Assembly: GCA_050249455.1 (NCBI GenBank)
Contig: JBFWQM010000003.1
Coordinates: forward strand, 10,383 to 74,382
Direction: 5' to 3'
DNA length: 64,000 nucleotides
Source of the DNA: Rhodospirillaceae bacterium
Lineage (GTDB): Bacteria; Pseudomonadota; Alphaproteobacteria; MPNO01; VGEU01
The notes under the pieces are model-generated. The model had not been told where the DNA came from. It searched no databases and was given only the letters and a program-made list of their open reading frames with translations. Below, piece by piece: positions 62,002 through 64,000 of the stretch (its first letter is position 1; the number at the start of each line of letters is the position of its first letter). A program made the position numbers and the translations under genes.

Positions 62002-62484
62002 ATGCGATCGGACAGCACGAGGCGGCACATTCTCTGGACGATGCTGGCGGCCTTCGCCGTCGCTGCGGGCCCCGCCCTCGCCGGCGGCGGCGGCGGATCG
62101 AAGGCGAAGCCGCCGCCCGCCGAGGAGTCCGACGAGGGGCACGGCGGCGCCAAGATCTATGGCAGCCAGTACATCAACCTCGATCCGTTCACCGTCCCCT
62201 TCCTCGGCCCTCAGGGTCCGGACGGGCAGATGAACGTCGTTATCGCCTTGGAGATCGCCGACCCGCAGCGCCGCACCGACGTGATGCGCGACGTGCCGCG
62301 CCTGCGCGCCGCGATCTACGAATCGCTGTTCGGGTCGCTAACCACCCGGAGCGGGCGCTACATCCCGTCGGACGAGAAGCTCAAGCGGGTCGTCCGCAAG
62401 GCGGCCGAGAAGGTCATCCAACGCGAGCTGCTGGCCGACGTCCTGATCCAGCAGGTGTTCGAGAACCGTCCCGTCGGCCGCTGA
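62002..62484 (+). CDS. FliL-like exported protein
   Basis: Signal-like N-terminus, Gly/Glu linker, Y..LDPF.V, .ALE., PRLR.A, LK, DVLI pattern resembling FliL. Confidence 0.6.
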   Translation: MRSDSTRRHILWTMLAAFAVAAGPALAGGGGGSKAKPPPAEESDEGHGGAKIYGSQYINLDPFTVPFLGPQGPDGQMNVVIALEIADPQRRTDVMRDVPRLRAAIYESLFGSLTTRSGRYIPSDEKLKRVVRKAAEKVIQRELLADVLIQQVFENRPVGR

Positions 62485-62530
62485 GCGACGGTATGGCCTA
62501 ACGCGGCTTTTCCGTTATTGTGGCGGTGCA

Positions 62531-63715
62531 ATGTCCGCCGCTCACGCCCGCCGCAACGTCATCCTTCTGGCCGCCTGCCAGGCATTGTTCATGACGTGTA
62601 CGGCGGCGATCGTGACTTCGATCGCGCTGACCGGCCACGCGCTGGCCGAGAACAAGGCGCTGGCGACCCTGCCGGTGGCGCTGCAGTTCGCGACCCACAT
62701 GGCGGTCACCATTCCGGCCTCGCTCTACATGCGCCGGTTCGGCCGCCAGGTCGGATTCCTGACCGGCACGCTGATCGGCGCGATCGGGGCGCTGGTCGCC
62801 TGCTACGCGATCCTGGAGGCCAGCTTCGCGCTGTTCTGCCTGGGCAGCGCGATCCTCGGCGGCTTCAACTCGATCGCGCAGTTCTATCGCTTCGCCGCCG
62901 CCGACGCCTCCGACGAGGCCTATCGCAGCCGCGCCATCTCGCTGGTGCTGGCCGGCGGGGTGGTCGCCTCGCTGACCGGACCGACGCTCGCCCGCCACAC
63001 CAACGACCTCCTTTCGCCGGTGATGTTCGCGGGCACCTATATCGGGGTGATCGGGGTGCACGCGCTGATCGCCTGCGTGCTGATGTTCATCCGCATCCCC
63101 CGGCCGACGATGAGCGAGCGCCGCGCGGTCGGGCGTCCGTTCCTGGAGATCGCCCGCCAGCCGACGTTCGTCGTCGCGGTCCTGGGGTCGGTGGTCGGCT
63201 ACGTCGTGATGTCGTTCCTGATGACGGTCACGCCGATCGCCATGAAGGAGTGCGATTTCACCTTCGGCGATTCGGCCATCGTGATCCAGGGGCACGTTCT
63301 CGGCATGTTCGCGCCGTCCTTCTTCACCGGCCACCTGATCGCCCGCTTCGGGGCGACCAACGTGATGACCGCCGGCGCGGCGCTGCTCGCGGCGGCGATC
63401 GCCACCAGTCTGGCCGGCATCGACTTCATGAACTTCCTGGTCGGCATGACCCTGGTCGGGATCGGGTGGAATTTCCTGTTCATCGGCGGCACCACCCTGC
63501 TGACCACCTGCTACGAGCCGGCGGAGCGCGCCAAGGTGCAGGGGACCAACGACTTCATCGTCTATGCCTGCATCACGATGGGCGTTCTGGCCTCCGGCGC
63601 GTTGCAGCACGCGGTGGGGTGGACGGCGGTCAACCTGTTCATGATCCTGCCTGTCGTCGGCGTCCTGGCGATGCTGGGCTGGCTGCGCGTGGTCGTGGCG
63701 CGGGCGCCTGCGTGA
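62531..63715 (+). CDS. MFS transporter, RfnT-like (candidate riboflavin transporter)
   Basis: About 12 TM segments; RRN..LL...QAL, ATLP, M.RFGR, YRFAAAD, H.LGMFAPS, G.GWNF; at the end of the rib cluster. Confidence 0.8.
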   Translation: MSAAHARRNVILLAACQALFMTCTAAIVTSIALTGHALAENKALATLPVALQFATHMAVTIPASLYMRRFGRQVGFLTGTLIGAIGALVACYAILEASFALFCLGSAILGGFNSIAQFYRFAAADASDEAYRSRAISLVLAGGVVASLTGPTLARHTNDLLSPVMFAGTYIGVIGVHALIACVLMFIRIPRPTMSERRAVGRPFLEIARQPTFVVAVLGSVVGYVVMSFLMTVTPIAMKECDFTFGDSAIVIQGHVLGMFAPSFFTGHLIARFGATNVMTAGAALLAAAIATSLAGIDFMNFLVGMTLVGIGWNFLFIGGTTLLTTCYEPAERAKVQGTNDFIVYACITMGVLASGALQHAVGWTAVNLFMILPVVGVLAMLGWLRVVVARAPA

Positions 63716-63864
63716 GGCTGCCGCACCGGCCGCCGACCCCGTTGCCATGCCAAGTCAGTTCTGTCATTTTCCGCCAAATTTGATCGCCCGCGTCTCCGTC
63801 GGCCCCGATTCGCCGACGGCACGGGCGATATTCGTCATGACGACAAGAACGAGGGTCCCGCTCA

Positions 63865-64000
63865 ATGGCTAGCACGTATTGGATCGTCATCGCCTGTGGT
63901 GCGCTGGCGCTTATCTATGGCGTGTACGCGGTGCGGTCGGTGCTGGCGGCGAGCGCCGGCAACGCGCGCATGCAGGAGATCGCCGGCGCGATCCAGGAAG
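63865..64000 (+). CDS. hppA: Membrane-bound H+/Na+-translocating pyrophosphatase (3'-truncated at window edge)
   Basis: [19 protein letters not shown]...[15 protein letters not shown], the typical HppA N-terminus. Confidence 0.85.
   Translation, partial: MASTYWIVIACGALALIYGVYAVRSVLAASAGNARMQEIAGAIQE

Overview
High-GC, gene-dense window that looks like the core chromosome of an alphaproteobacterium; a Rhodospirillales-like lineage is inferred from gene content and order. It carries conserved housekeeping runs: slt/dapA-smpB, udg-NYN/folK-rpoZ-spoT-pdxJ-acpS-lepB-rnc-era, recO-parC, motAB, metY-hemB, livHMGFK, mucR, and rpiB-glyA-nrdR-ribD-ribE-ribB(X)-ribH-nusB-thiL...hppA. I saw no rRNA, tRNA, CRISPR array, transposase, integrase or prophage gene. 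The accessory material most worth attention: (i) a Cys-rich MarR gene divergent from an RpoH-family sigma factor, with two matching palindromic operators bracketing the sigma gene's promoter, a candidate redox/metal switch over a sigma-32 regulon; (ii) a roughly 7.8 kb block between era and recO holding an iron-box-preceded PepSY-TM/DUF2271/DUF4198/ApbE flavinylation operon, phoD, and a subtilisin paired with a small propeptide/inhibitor-like protein; (iii) an orphan PEP-CTERM-like gene with a sigma-54 promoter and enhancer; (iv) an unlisted 29-aa membrane ORF and two fold-back intergenic elements. All calls come from reading motifs by eye; no database searches were run, and many start codons are best estimates.
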